Shown: piece by piece, positions 28,927 through 39,022 of the stretch
Layout of the letters: each line of letters starts with the position of its first letter
How positions within the stretch are numbered: the first letter of the stretch is position 1
From: an uncultured Gemmatimonadales bacterium
Lineage (GTDB): Bacteria; Gemmatimonadota; Gemmatimonadetes; Gemmatimonadales; GWC2-71-9
Length of the DNA: 64,000 bases
Assembly: GCA_963695555.1 (NCBI GenBank)
Contig: CAVOGR010000001.1
Coordinates: forward strand, 448,001 to 512,000
Direction of reading: 5' to 3'
Program-made: the position numbers and the translations under genes
The notes under the pieces: generated by a model
Seen by the model: the letters and a program-made list of their open reading frames with translations, nothing else
Told to the model about the DNA's origin: nothing
The model's database searches: none

Positions 28927-30245
28927 TCAGCGTCCGGCGTCGCCGGCTGTGCTGTCGTTTGCGGGTCGCCAGGCCCTCGAAGAAGGCGTCGACCCGGTTC
29001 TTGATCTGCGCTTCGGAGACCACCCGCCGGTCCATCATGTCGGACTCGATGAACAGGCTCGCGATATCGCGTTTGTCCGATCAGCGCCCGCCGGCTGTCG
29101 GCCAGCCCGGTCGAGACGGTGCGGCAGCTCTTGATCGGGTGGTAGACGACGCCGTCGGCGCCGAAGTCGTCGATCATGCCGTCGAGGATCGGCGGTCTGG
29201 TGGAACATGCTGTCCATCGCGTCGCGCACGCTGATCAGCACCCCCTCGGCGAGGCTCTCGAGCGGCCGCTCGAGGTCGTACTCGAAGCCCAGGTTCGAGC
29301 CGCCCGAGGCGAACCAGAGGTAGGTCGAGTTGACGAACGTGCCGCCCCATTCGGTGAACAGCTCGTTGAAGCGGCGGAAGATCGGGTAGCAGGGGACGCC
29401 GACGAAGAGCAGGCGGTACTGCTCGTCGGTCAGCGTGCCGATGCCGTGCGCGGCCTTGTACTCCATCTCCTCGACCAGATCCGTGAAGTAGGCGGCGCCC
29501 GCGCGGCGTGCCGCGGAAGCCGTTGGCGACGCCGAGGTAGATGGTGCCGTCGGTGAGCGCGTTGAAGAGCGACGGGCGGCTGCGGTTGAGCTCGAGCACC
29601 CGCTTCCAGCCGCGGCTCATGGTGTTGGCGTGAGCCATCGCCTCGCGCAGCCGGTCGATGTCGAAGTGCTTGCCGGTGACCTTCTCGCAGAGCGCGATGA
29701 GCTCCGCGATCTGCGCCTCGACGTAGCGGCGGTCGTTCTCGAAGTCGCCGTCGCCGGGCCAGGTCTGGCCGCCCGGCCGCGCGTGCCGGGCACGTCGAGG
29801 GTGAAGATCGGGATCTCGTACATGCGCTCCCAGATCTCGGCCCACTTGATGTAGGTGTTGCAGGCGTTGGTGTAGCACCGCGAGGGCCGGCTTCGGGATC
29901 CGCCCCATCGGGATGCTGCGCCGCCGCGCAGCTGCACGGCGACGTCGGCCTTGACGTAGCCGCAGATGTCGGGCGAGTAGCCGTAGTCCTCGGCCTCGTC
30001 CAGGTACTCGTGCGCGACGCGGCGCACGGCGGTCTGCAGCGAGTTGATCTCGGGAAAGACGATCGGAAGGTCGAAGGCCTGCGAGGAGCTCGGCCAGGCT
30101 GCCCATGACGAAGACGTAGGCGGCCGCCTCGGCCTCGCTCGGCGCGCCTGCGCCGAGTTCGGCGAACCACTGCCGGAAGAGCTGGGCGCCGTCGCGGTTG
30201 CCGCGTCCGACGAGTGCTGGGATGCTCGCTCTGCGTGTCGGCCAT
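28927..30245 (-). CDS. bcrB: Benzoyl-CoA reductase subunit B-like (2-hydroxyacyl-CoA dehydratase family); frameshifted
   Basis: [44 protein letters not shown] and [14 protein letters not shown] fragments; 3' end approximate. Confidence 0.8.
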
Positions 30246-30260
30246 GGAGTCTCGCCTGGC

Positions 30261-31449
30261 TCAGTGCGAAAAGGAGGTTCTCGACGAACGTCTCGAGCTG
30301 GATCTCGAGGTGGTCGAAGCTGGTCATGCTCTCTTCGAACTCGCTCACGAAGTAGGGAATGCCTTGCTGGTCCAGGGCGCTGGGTGTAGGCGACCTGCTC
30401 CTCGAGCCCGGGCTCGCACATCTTGGCGGCCATCACGATCGCCGCGTCGGCCCCGGACTCGGCGAATGCGCTCGAGCAGCATCTCGCTCCTTGGGCTTGC
30501 GCAGGTCGTGCTGCACCGGGCTGTAGGACGATCGCTCGAGGTACGCCTCGGCGAGGTTGTCGAGCGGGTCGCCGTCGACCGAGCACGTCCTCGACGATCC
30601 AGCGCAGGCCGATCAGCAGGTCGTCGTCGACGACGTAGCAGGAGCGCCCGATCATGCGCATCAGGTCGAGCGGCGGTTGCTCGCAGAAGCCGCCCTCGAA
30701 GACGCACTCGGATCTTGTCTTGGCGCTTGGCTGCCGGCGCCGCGAGCATGGGGCAGGACTGTCCGGAGCAGCTCGTTGTGCTCTTCGCGCGGAACGAGGC
30801 CGCCGACCGCGACGAGGGCGTACGCGTCGTCCGCCGACACGAGCCACGGGGATCTCGCGCTTGAGGCGATAGAGCTCGCCGCAGCAGCGCGCGGTTCTCG
30901 TTGAAGACCGCGATCGAGCGCGCGGAGCGCGTCGTCGGTGACCGGCCGGCCCGCCACGGCCTCGATCGCGTCCGCGCAGGCGGCGTACTCGCCGCGCAGG
31001 TACTCGGCGGCGTGTGCCGAGTTGGCGTTCTGCGGCAGGTAGAGAATCTGGCAGGGGTAGGGGAAGTTCCGTCCCCAGATCGCGCGCCAGGTTGCGGGCC
31101 GCGTCGCAGATCGGATGGGTGACGAACATGTCGAGCTCGACCCGCTCGCTGAGCGACCAGCTCGAGCGAGGTCTTGAGGATCGAGCAGAGGTAGGAGCCG
31201 AAGCGCGAGTCGGCCTGCGTCGCCTCGATCGGGGCGCCACGCACCTTGAAGGGCAGCATCCCGGCGGCGTGCGCGATCTCCTCGGGGAAGTAGACCTGGA
31301 AGTGCCCGAGAACCTTGCCGCCGCCGCCGCGCCAGCGCCTGACGGTGGGGAAGTCGGTGTCCTCCACCAGCTCGCGGCACTGGTAGAGCAGCTCGTCCGA
31401 GCGGCGTGTCGCGCCACTCGGGAAAGATGACGGCAGGCCGTGTGCTCAT
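30261..31449 (-). CDS. bcrC: Benzoyl-CoA reductase subunit C-like; frameshifted
   Basis: [65 protein letters not shown] and QLETFVE fragments. Confidence 0.8.
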
Positions 31450-32201
31450 TGGTGGCTCCAAACCGGAGTGCGCTTTTCCTGGAAGGCCGTGAGCCCCTCC
31501 ACGGCGTCTCGCGTTGCCATCAGCTCATCCATGTAGAGCTGGCCGACGGCATCGAGCGTCGCGTGGCGGTTTCGCTGGAGCGCCCGTTTGGCGAGTCGGA
31601 GCGCTGCGCCGCTGTGCCGGGCAATACGCTCGGCGAGGGCCGTCGCCTCGGCTGCGAGCCGGTCGTCCGGCACCACCCGCTGTACCAGCCCGATGGCATG
31701 AGCGTGCGCGGCCGAGACCGGATCGCCGGTGAAGACGATCTCCGCTGCGGCGCCGTACGGACAGCGCTCCGGGAGGATGACGCAGGCGGCCGGGGGCAGC
31801 ACACCCAACATGATTTCCGGCTGGCCGAAGACGGTGCTCTCCCCGGCGATGACGATGTCGGCGGCCTGCACCAGCTCGAAGCCGCCACCCAGGCAGCGTC
31901 CGTGCACCACGGCTACCACGGGCACGGGGCAGGCCTCGATCGCGGCGACGGTCTCGAGGAATTCGGGGATCATGTCGCGGAAGTCGGGCGGCAGGTGCTC
32001 GCCCACGTCGGCGCCGGCGGAGAAGTGCTTGCCCGCGCCTGCCAGCACCACGACTCGGAGATCAGATTGGGCTGCCAGCGACGCGACCGCATCCCGGATT
32101 TTCGTCAACACGTCGCGGGTGAGGATGTTGAGCGGAGGATGGTTGACCGTGATGCGGCCAATGCCGTCGGTCGCGGTTCCTTCAACCAGCGTGCCCGTCA
32201 T
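31446..32201 (-). CDS. dch: Enoyl-CoA hydratase, probable cyclohexa-1,5-diene-1-carbonyl-CoA hydratase
   Basis: HFSAGADVGEH, GRCLGGGFEL, GQPEIMLGVLPP and LYMDELMATRDAVEGL motifs; directly upstream of bcrC. Confidence 0.8.
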   Translation of the reverse strand: MTGTLVEGTATDGIGRITVNHPPLNILTRDVLTKIRDAVASLAAQSDLRVVVLAGAGKHFSAGADVGEHLPPDFRDMIPEFLETVAAIEACPVPVVAVVHGRCLGGGFELVQAADIVIAGESTVFGQPEIMLGVLPPAACVILPERCPYGAAAEIVFTGDPVSAAHAHAIGLVQRVVPDDRLAAEATALAERIARHSGAALRLAKRALQRNRHATLDAVGQLYMDELMATRDAVEGLTAFQEKRTPVWSHQ

Positions 32202-32911
32202 GCGGTATCCCCCAGGAGTTGGCCGCCGTCGATCGGCAGCACGGCGCCGGTCATGAAGCCCGCCTCGTCGCTACACAGGAATCGCGCGGCCGCGGCGATA
32301 TCATCGGGCGAGCCGAGCCGTCCGAGCGGGGTGCGGGACACGGCACGGGCCACGACCTCGGCGGGAAGGGATTGCGTCATCGGTGTGTCGATGAAGCCCG
32401 GTGCGATCACATTGACCGTGACCCCGTTGCGCGCCAGCTCGAGGGCGAGGGAGCGCGCCAGCCCGATCAGCCCCGCCTTGGATGCGGCGTAGTTGGCCTG
32501 CCCGAACCGGCCCCGGATGCCGTTGATGGAACTGATGAAGACCAGCCGCCCGCGCGGCGAACGGCGGAGCAGGGGAGCGGCGGCACGGGCCGTGTTGAAC
32601 GTGCCGGTCAGATTGACGGCGATGACCTGTGCCCAGTCCTCGTCAGACATCTTCCAGCTGACCCGGTCGCGAATGACGCCGGCCGCGCAGACCACCCAGT
32701 CCAGTCCGCCGCGCTCGCCCTCGATCTGCTCGATCGCTCCGGCAACCGCCGTCGGGTCGGTCACGTCCACGGTGAGTTCGCGGGCGGCCGGGCCACCAGG
32801 TTCGGGAAACGCCTTGTCCAGGGCCGCCACCCAGGCGTCCCGGGCGAGGGCGCGCACCACGGCCGCCCCTATGCCGCGGCCCGCGCCGGTTACGAGAGCC
32901 GTCGGCCGCAT
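32198..32911 (-). CDS. SDR oxidoreductase (FabG / 3-hydroxyacyl-CoA dehydrogenase-like)
   Basis: TGAGRGIG, GQANYAASKAG and VIAPGFIDTPMT motifs. Confidence 0.88.
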   Translation of the reverse strand: MRPTALVTGAGRGIGAAVVRALARDAWVAALDKAFPEPGGPAARELTVDVTDPTAVAGAIEQIEGERGGLDWVVCAAGVIRDRVSWKMSDEDWAQVIAVNLTGTFNTARAAAPLLRRSPRGRLVFISSINGIRGRFGQANYAASKAGLIGLARSLALELARNGVTVNVIAPGFIDTPMTQSLPAEVVARAVSRTPLGRLGSPDDIAAAARFLCSDEAGFMTGAVLPIDGGQLLGDTA

Positions 32912-33954
32912 ACGCCGCAGAAGGTGAGGTCGGCCGGCAGGTTGGTGGCGTTGCATCCGTCACAGGACCGAATCGGCGAACCCCAGGGTGTTTCGGACGA
33001 CCGGCCTTCGGCGGCCCGTTCCCGCAGGAGGTCGTAGCGGGCCCCGCGCTTCTCGACGAAGGCCTGCATTCCCTCGGCAGGTTCCCAGCAGGTGTAGTGG
33101 AGCGAGAGCCAGTCCTGCGCGTGCCGCACGGTGGAGTGCCAGGCCAGGTCCTTCCAGAAGTTGACCTGCTGCTTGGTGTAGCGGGTGCATTCCGGGAACG
33201 ATGCCAAGAGCTTCTTGGCGAGTTCGGCCACGAACTCGTCCAGCTTCGAGAGGTCGATCGAATACCCGTTCTCGCCTCGCTGCGCCTGCTTGATCTCTTG
33301 GGCGGTGGCCTCGTCGATCCAGGCGTCGTCGCGCTTCACCGACGGGACCACCCAATTGACCAGTCCCCAGTCGAGCGCCTTGAGTGCCGGAAGAGGCTCG
33401 TTGAGCATGAGGATTTCCCGGGCCCGCTTGTCGCCGACGACGATTGGGAGCCATTGGGTCGAGCCGCCGCAGGCCACCGAGCCGACGTGGGTGCCGACCT
33501 GCTTGATGAAGGTGTGCTGCGCCATCACGGTGAGGTCGCAGGCGAGCTGACTCTCGTTGCCGCCCCCGACGGCCATGCCGTTCAAGCGTGCCACCACCGG
33601 CTTCCCGGTATTGAGGATGCTTTCGATATAGGCGCGAAAGAGACCCATGTACTTCCAGTAGTCACGCGGTGTTGCCACGTACTTCTCGGCGTATTCCTTG
33701 ACATCGCCGCCGGTGCAGAACGCGCGGTCGCCGGCACCCGTGTACACGATTACGCCAACGCTGTCGTCGAAGCTCGCATCGCGAAACGCGGCGGCGAGCT
33801 CCTCGAGAGCGGGCGTGGAATACGCGTTGTAGTTTTTCGGCCGGTTGATGGTGATGGTGGCGACGCCGTCGCGCTTGGTGTAGAGAATCTCTTGGAAGGA
33901 GAAGGTGGCGGCGTCGCGGTTCGGGAAGTAGCGGTCTAGGGTTGCGGTCGGCAT
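32890..33954 (-). CDS. oah: Crotonase-family ring hydrolase, probable 6-oxocyclohex-1-ene-1-carbonyl-CoA hydrolase, with C-terminal zinc ribbon
   Basis: NRPKNYNAYST, AFCTGGDVKEYA, NGMAVGGGNE, GSVACGGST, DLSKLD and FPECTRYTK motifs; CxxC...CxxC tail. Confidence 0.82.
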   Translation of the reverse strand: MPTATLDRYFPNRDAATFSFQEILYTKRDGVATITINRPKNYNAYSTPALEELAAAFRDASFDDSVGVIVYTGAGDRAFCTGGDVKEYAEKYVATPRDYWKYMGLFRAYIESILNTGKPVVARLNGMAVGGGNESQLACDLTVMAQHTFIKQVGTHVGSVACGGSTQWLPIVVGDKRAREILMLNEPLPALKALDWGLVNWVVPSVKRDDAWIDEATAQEIKQAQRGENGYSIDLSKLDEFVAELAKKLLASFPECTRYTKQQVNFWKDLAWHSTVRHAQDWLSLHYTCWEPAEGMQAFVEKRGARYDLLRERAAEGRSSETPWGSPIRSCDGCNATNLPADLTFCGVCGRRLS

Positions 33955-34562
33955 CTCAGTCCTCCGACGAGTTGATCGGCGAATCCACAGCCCAGTTCAG
34001 CGGTGCGGATGGGACCTTCGGGTTGGTACCAGCGGGCGATCCAGTTGATGGCGCCGAGGATCGCAAACACGGCGATCTTCGAGTTGACCGAGCGGAATTC
34101 GCCGTCGCGGATTCCATGCTCGATGATTTTCCGGAGCCCGCGTTCGTAGCGGTCGCGGGCGCGAATGATCTCCTGCTGTCGCTCGTCCGAGAGTGCGGTG
34201 ACCTCGAAAGCCAGGGGCGAGCCCTCCAGGGTTTCGGTCATCACCCGCACGTGCTCCTGAATGATGTAGCGCAACTGCTCGTCGGCTGTCGTGAACTGCT
34301 GGCGAGCGTCTTTGACGAACCGGTCCACCTCCGCGAGGGATTCGCGATGGCATTGGTAGAGAATCGCCTCTTTGTCGGGGAAGTAGTGGTACAGCGCCGT
34401 CTTCCGGATGTCGAGTCGCTCGGCGATATCATCGAGGGTGGTGGCGTAGTATCCCTTCTCGCGGAAGGCGCGCAGCGCTGCGTGGAGGATCTCCGCCTGC
34501 CGCCGCCGCCGCTTCTCGCGGATGCGGGGGGACACCATGGCTGAATGGCCGTGGCTAGCCAT
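33936..34562 (-). CDS. TetR/AcrR family regulator (KstR2/PaaR-like C-terminus)
   Basis: HTH FREKGYYATTLDDIA...ALYHYFPDKE; ILGAINWIARWY. Confidence 0.92.
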   Translation of the reverse strand: MASHGHSAMVSPRIREKRRRRQAEILHAALRAFREKGYYATTLDDIAERLDIRKTALYHYFPDKEAILYQCHRESLAEVDRFVKDARQQFTTADEQLRYIIQEHVRVMTETLEGSPLAFEVTALSDERQQEIIRARDRYERGLRKIIEHGIRDGEFRSVNSKIAVFAILGAINWIARWYQPEGPIRTAELGCGFADQLVGGLRCRPQP

Positions 34563-34586
34563 AGGGGAACTCCCGGATCGGGATTA

Positions 34587-34604
34587 TTTGACCAACAGTT
34601 CAAA
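34587..34604. promoter_or_regulatory. Putative TetR operator
   Basis: Imperfect palindrome TTTGACCAACAGTTCAAA 25 nt upstream of tetR in an AT-rich patch; overlaps a second palindrome, TTCAAAATTTGAA. Confidence 0.5.
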
Positions 34605-34900
34605 ATTTGAAGCTCGGGTCGAAATCCTGCAAGCGACTGGCGAGGAGTTTCAGGCAAAGTTCATGAATCTTTCACGAAAGGCTGCCGGAGGCGGTTGTTT
34701 CGCGATCGTGATCATGCACCCCGGGCTCCGGCAACCGAACCCAGTCTTTCCGAACCGCTCCGTTCCCCGGTGCAGCCTTCTCGGGGCCTCTCCCCTCGGT
34801 TGCTTGCTCCCCGCTTGGCACCGCCGGTAACTTGGGTGCCCGCGGTAAGGCAAGCATCTTCGCGCCGCCTCATCCCGCACTTCAGGAGTCCGCTGATTTC

Positions 34901-35941
34901 ATGAAACACCGAGCGTCTCGAGGCATTGCTGCGTGGAAGCTCCTGCTGGTCCTGACGGCGGCCGCGGTCGCGATTGGGTTCCTGTCTTACGCCACAGGGA
35001 GAGGGACGGGCCAGGACCGGGTGCTGGCCGTGGTGGGAGGCAAGCGCATCACGGTGGGCGACATTGAGGGGGTGAATGCCGGTGCGTTCAGGCAGCTCGC
35101 GCGGCAGCGGCACGACCTTCTCGAACAGGGTCTCGAGGAGGCCATCGGCCGGATGCTCCTCGAGGTCGAAGCCGAGTCTCGAGGCATCACGACCGACGAA
35201 CTGTGGGCGAAGGAAGTGGAAGGCCGTGTCGTGGAGCCGTCTGATCACGTGGTGGATTCCTTCTACCAGGCCCGCCGGATCGGTGTTGCGAAGGACAGCA
35301 TTGCGCCTCGCATCCGCCAATTTCTGAAGGAAGAGCAACGGGCCGGTGCCGCCCGGGCATTGTTGGCCTCGCTCCGTGAGAAACATCCGGTCAAGGACTA
35401 TCTCGAGCCCGAGCGGGCCGAGGTCGAGGCGAGCGGCTTCCCTTCCAAGGGTCCGATGGACGCGCCGGTCACGATTGTGGAGTTTGCCGACTTCGAGTGC
35501 CCGTACTGCCGTCAGATCCTGCCCAGTCTGGCGCGGCTGGAGGAAACCTACGGGGACAAGGTGCGGTTAGTCTTTCGACAGTTCCCGTTGAACAGCATCC
35601 ATCGGCACGCCCAGAAGGCCGCCGAGGCGTCGCTCTGCGCCCACGAACAAGACCGGTTTTGGGCAATGCACGACGCGATGTTCGGGGAGCCGCCCGCCTT
35701 GGGACTCCAGGACCTGAAGGAGAAGGCGGCACGAGTGGCGATGGACGTCCAGCAGTTCGACGAGTGCCTCGATTCGGGGAAATACGCAGCCGAGGTCGCC
35801 GCTGATCTCGATGCGGCCCTTCGGCTTGGCCTCACCGGAACTCCTGCCTTCTTCATCAATGGCCGCTTCCTGAGCGGTGCGCAGCCGTACGAGACGATCG
35901 TGAACATCGTCGACGATGAACTCCGGCGGGCAGGCCTCTAA
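34901..35941 (+). CDS. DsbA/thioredoxin-fold protein with N-terminal helical domain
   Basis: VEFADFECPYC, FRQFPL and GTPAFFING motifs. Confidence 0.9.
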   Translation: MKHRASRGIAAWKLLLVLTAAAVAIGFLSYATGRGTGQDRVLAVVGGKRITVGDIEGVNAGAFRQLARQRHDLLEQGLEEAIGRMLLEVEAESRGITTDELWAKEVEGRVVEPSDHVVDSFYQARRIGVAKDSIAPRIRQFLKEEQRAGAARALLASLREKHPVKDYLEPERAEVEASGFPSKGPMDAPVTIVEFADFECPYCRQILPSLARLEETYGDKVRLVFRQFPLNSIHRHAQKAAEASLCAHEQDRFWAMHDAMFGEPPALGLQDLKEKAARVAMDVQQFDECLDSGKYAAEVAADLDAALRLGLTGTPAFFINGRFLSGAQPYETIVNIVDDELRRAGL

Positions 35942-36079
35942 CCGGCACTCGCAGCCCGCTGTCGGATGCCGCGTCCTCCGTTCTCCGCGACCCCGGAACC
36001 TTTTGTCAGGCTTCACCGTCATGTCGGCACATGGTGGAGGCCGTGCAGACACGTGAACTCATTCGAAGAGAGGGGTCAG

Positions 36080-37897
36080 ATGGCAGCGAAATTCGATCTC
36101 CGCTGGGCGACGGGTCTGGTCGTAGGCATCGTGGCACTGGCAGGCTCGGCGGAGTCCACCTGGGCCCAGGCTCCAGCTTCGATCTCCGATGTCCGCTACG
36201 CTGTGACCTTTGACTCGACTACCGCGGCGAGCCGAACCATCAAAGTGGAAATGTCGTTTCGCTCAGGTGCAGATAAACCAGTCCGCCTCTCCCTCCCTGC
36301 GTGGACGCCGGGTTCATACGAGCTCGACAACTTCGCCCGCAACGTCTCGAACTTCTCCGCCCGCACCGCCACTGGCCCCGTCAAGTGGGACATGACGGAC
36401 TACGACACCTGGCGGGTCTTTCCCGGTCGGGGACAGACCGTCACGGTGGGCTTCGACTACCGGGCCGACACGCTGGACACCGGCATGGCCTGGTCCGCCG
36501 CGGACTTTGCCTACTTCAACGGCACCAACCTCTTCCTCTACCCCGAGGATGCGTCGCTCGATTTCCCGGCCCGGGTCACCATCACCACCGCTCAGGGATG
36601 GCAGATTGCCACCGGCATGACCTCGATGGGTCCCGCCACGTTCACCGCCGGCAACTACCACGACCTAGTGGACATGCCGACCTTCGTGGGCCGGTTCGAC
36701 CTGGACAGCGCCCAAGTCGGCCGCGAGTGGTATCGGCTTGCCACGTATCCGGCGGGCGCTTTAGCGGGAGCGGCGCGGGACAGACTCTGGGACCAGATCC
36801 GGAGGATGGTGCCGCCAATGGCAGCGGTGTATGGCGAGGTGCCGTGGGACACCTATACCATCCAGATGGTCTTCGACGATGGCTTTCCCGGCGCGAGCGC
36901 GCTCGAGCACCAGAACTCACACCTGGGCATCTACGTCACCCAGGCCATCGGCAGCCCGTTCCTGCCGTCCATCGTGGCCCACGAGATGTATCACGCCTGG
37001 AACGTGAAGCGCCTGCGGCCCGCGGAGTTGGTACCCTACGACTACGGCCGGGCGCAACCGACGCCGCTCCTGTGGGTGAGCGAGGGCATAACCGATTACT
37101 ACGCCGATTTAGCACTGGTTCGCGGAGGGATCATCCCGAAGGACGGATTCTACCAGACTACCGCCGGCAAGGTCCGGTCGGAGGAGACCTCCCCGCCTGT
37201 CGCGCTCGAAGATGCCTCGCTCTCGACCTGGATCGAGCCGCGGGACGGCACCGCCTTCATCTACTACGACAAGGGATCGGCCGCGGGGTTTCTGCTGGAC
37301 ATCCTCATCCGTGATGCGTCGAACAATCGATCGTCCCTCGATGACGTCATGCGAGGCCTGTATCAGACCACCTACAAGGTCGGCGCCGGATTCACCACCG
37401 ATGAGTGGTGGCAGGTGGTCGGTCGCGCGGCCGGTGGTAAGTCGTTTACTGAATTCAACGCCCGGTACGTCGACGGCCGGGACCGGTTCCCGTGGGACGA
37501 CGTGCTACCGCTCGCGGGCCTCAGGCTCGTGGCCGACTCGCTCCGGGAGCCGTGGATCGGTGTATCGCTCGACCAGGACACCAACGGAATCCGCATCACC
37601 GCCACCATTCCCGGCGGGATGGCGGACGCTGCAGGCGTTCGGCCCGGAGATTACCTGGTGCGCGTTGGCGAAATCACCGTGGGGACACCCATCTCGCGGT
37701 TTCGGGAGCGGTACGCCCGTGAACCGGACGGCACCCCGATCGACATCGTGGTCCGGCGGGACGGGAAGGAACTCACCTTCAAGGGAGGCCTCCGGTTCAG
37801 GACCTCCGTCTCCTACGCGGTCCGGGAGGATTCCGCGGCGTCGCTCAAGGCGATCCGGATCCGAGACGGCATCCTTCAGGGCCGGGTCGATCGCTGA
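36080..37897 (+). CDS. M61 family (glycyl) aminopeptidase with PDZ domain
   Basis: PAWTPGSY, ALEHQNS, AHEMYHAWNVKRLRP, LWVSEGITDYY and YYDKG motifs; C-terminal PDZ. Confidence 0.92.
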   Translation: MAAKFDLRWATGLVVGIVALAGSAESTWAQAPASISDVRYAVTFDSTTAASRTIKVEMSFRSGADKPVRLSLPAWTPGSYELDNFARNVSNFSARTATGPVKWDMTDYDTWRVFPGRGQTVTVGFDYRADTLDTGMAWSAADFAYFNGTNLFLYPEDASLDFPARVTITTAQGWQIATGMTSMGPATFTAGNYHDLVDMPTFVGRFDLDSAQVGREWYRLATYPAGALAGAARDRLWDQIRRMVPPMAAVYGEVPWDTYTIQMVFDDGFPGASALEHQNSHLGIYVTQAIGSPFLPSIVAHEMYHAWNVKRLRPAELVPYDYGRAQPTPLLWVSEGITDYYADLALVRGGIIPKDGFYQTTAGKVRSEETSPPVALEDASLSTWIEPRDGTAFIYYDKGSAAGFLLDILIRDASNNRSSLDDVMRGLYQTTYKVGAGFTTDEWWQVVGRAAGGKSFTEFNARYVDGRDRFPWDDVLPLAGLRLVADSLREPWIGVSLDQDTNGIRITATIPGGMADAAGVRPGDYLVRVGEITVGTPISRFRERYAREPDGTPIDIVVRRDGKELTFKGGLRFRTSVSYAVREDSAASLKAIRIRDGILQGRVDR

Positions 37898-38077
37898 CGC
37901 GGCGCTGGTCCGGTCGGACAATCGCCCCGTGCCGGGGCAAAAGGCCTGACCCCTCGACCTGGGGATGCCGGTGAAATAGGGAAAACGCCGCGTCGAGCGG
38001 CGTTTTCGTTGGCTGGCACAGTTCTCGCCGGAAAATCGTGGTTCAGTCTCGATCATCGATTTCCCGCGACCGCGTCC

Positions 38078-38980
38078 ATGCATCCACGACTCCACAGCGC
38101 TAGTCGATTCCAGGACCTTCTGGTCCGGCGGGCGGAGGACGACCCCTACGTCTTCGCCACCCTCTTTGATAACGACACCTGGCGCTCCCGCCGGCTCTCG
38201 GCCAAGAAACTGAAGCTCCTCAAAGAGATCGACGCGACCTTGCGCGTCATGCTCGAGCCCGGGGAGAAAGTGCACTTCGTCACGGTCGGCAACGGCGTGT
38301 CGTTCTGGGAATCGTACTTCCTCGGATGGGTGGCCTATGCCATCAACCGGCGGGCCATCATCCTGACGGACCAGCGGATTCTTCTACTCCAGATCGACCG
38401 GAAGCTCCGGCCGCATACCTTTCGGTCTCAGCTGCGGTACCTGGCCATTGATCGCCTCACGTGGCCGCGCCTCGGAGGGGTGAGGCTCAAGATGCGAAGC
38501 AAAGAGACGCGGCTGTATTCCTATATACCGCGGAAGGACCGCGGGCGGCTGCGAGAGTTCATCAAACGCAAGCAGATGGAGTTCCGAGGCTATCGCGCGG
38601 AGGCCATGGACCTCGAGAACTTGTGCCCTCATTGTCACCAGCCGGTGGAAGGGCACCCACGCCAATGCCCCGTCTGTCACGCCGGCTTCAAATCGCGGGT
38701 CAAGGCTACACTCCTGTCCTTCCTCTTTCCCGGGCTCGGAGATCTCTACCTGGGCCACAAGCTGTTCGGCGGCGTGGAAATCGCGGCCGCGGTCTTGGCA
38801 TGGCTCTGGTTCCTGCTCGTGGCTGTCAATGGAGCAATAGCACTAGAGGCAAAGATCGTGAGCGCCGCATCTCTGCTGCTCTTTATGCACGGCCTCGATG
38901 CCCTCGTGACCCGCCACGTCGCGAGCAAGGGGCTCTATCCCACCAAGGAAGTCCCCGCGCCGATGCAGGCGGCGGCTTGA
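38078..38980 (+). CDS. Hypothetical protein: PH-like domain, zinc ribbon and TM2-like membrane segment
   Basis: ILTDQRILL, CPHC...CPVC and LSFLFPGLGDLYLG. Confidence 0.65.
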   Translation: MHPRLHSASRFQDLLVRRAEDDPYVFATLFDNDTWRSRRLSAKKLKLLKEIDATLRVMLEPGEKVHFVTVGNGVSFWESYFLGWVAYAINRRAIILTDQRILLLQIDRKLRPHTFRSQLRYLAIDRLTWPRLGGVRLKMRSKETRLYSYIPRKDRGRLREFIKRKQMEFRGYRAEAMDLENLCPHCHQPVEGHPRQCPVCHAGFKSRVKATLLSFLFPGLGDLYLGHKLFGGVEIAAAVLAWLWFLLVAVNGAIALEAKIVSAASLLLFMHGLDALVTRHVASKGLYPTKEVPAPMQAAA

Positions 38981-39022
38981 GTCCCTGCCTGCGCAGGATG
39001 CCTGGGTTTATAGAGGGGGGAC

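Noticed and set aside
27248..31449. Programmed ribosomal frameshifting in the bcr genes
   Set aside because: The breaks are too numerous and irregular, with no recurring slippery motif.
37981..38007. Hairpin GAAAACGCCGC...GCGGCGTTTTC
   Set aside because: Probably an ordinary terminator after the M61 peptidase; nothing further supports a special role.
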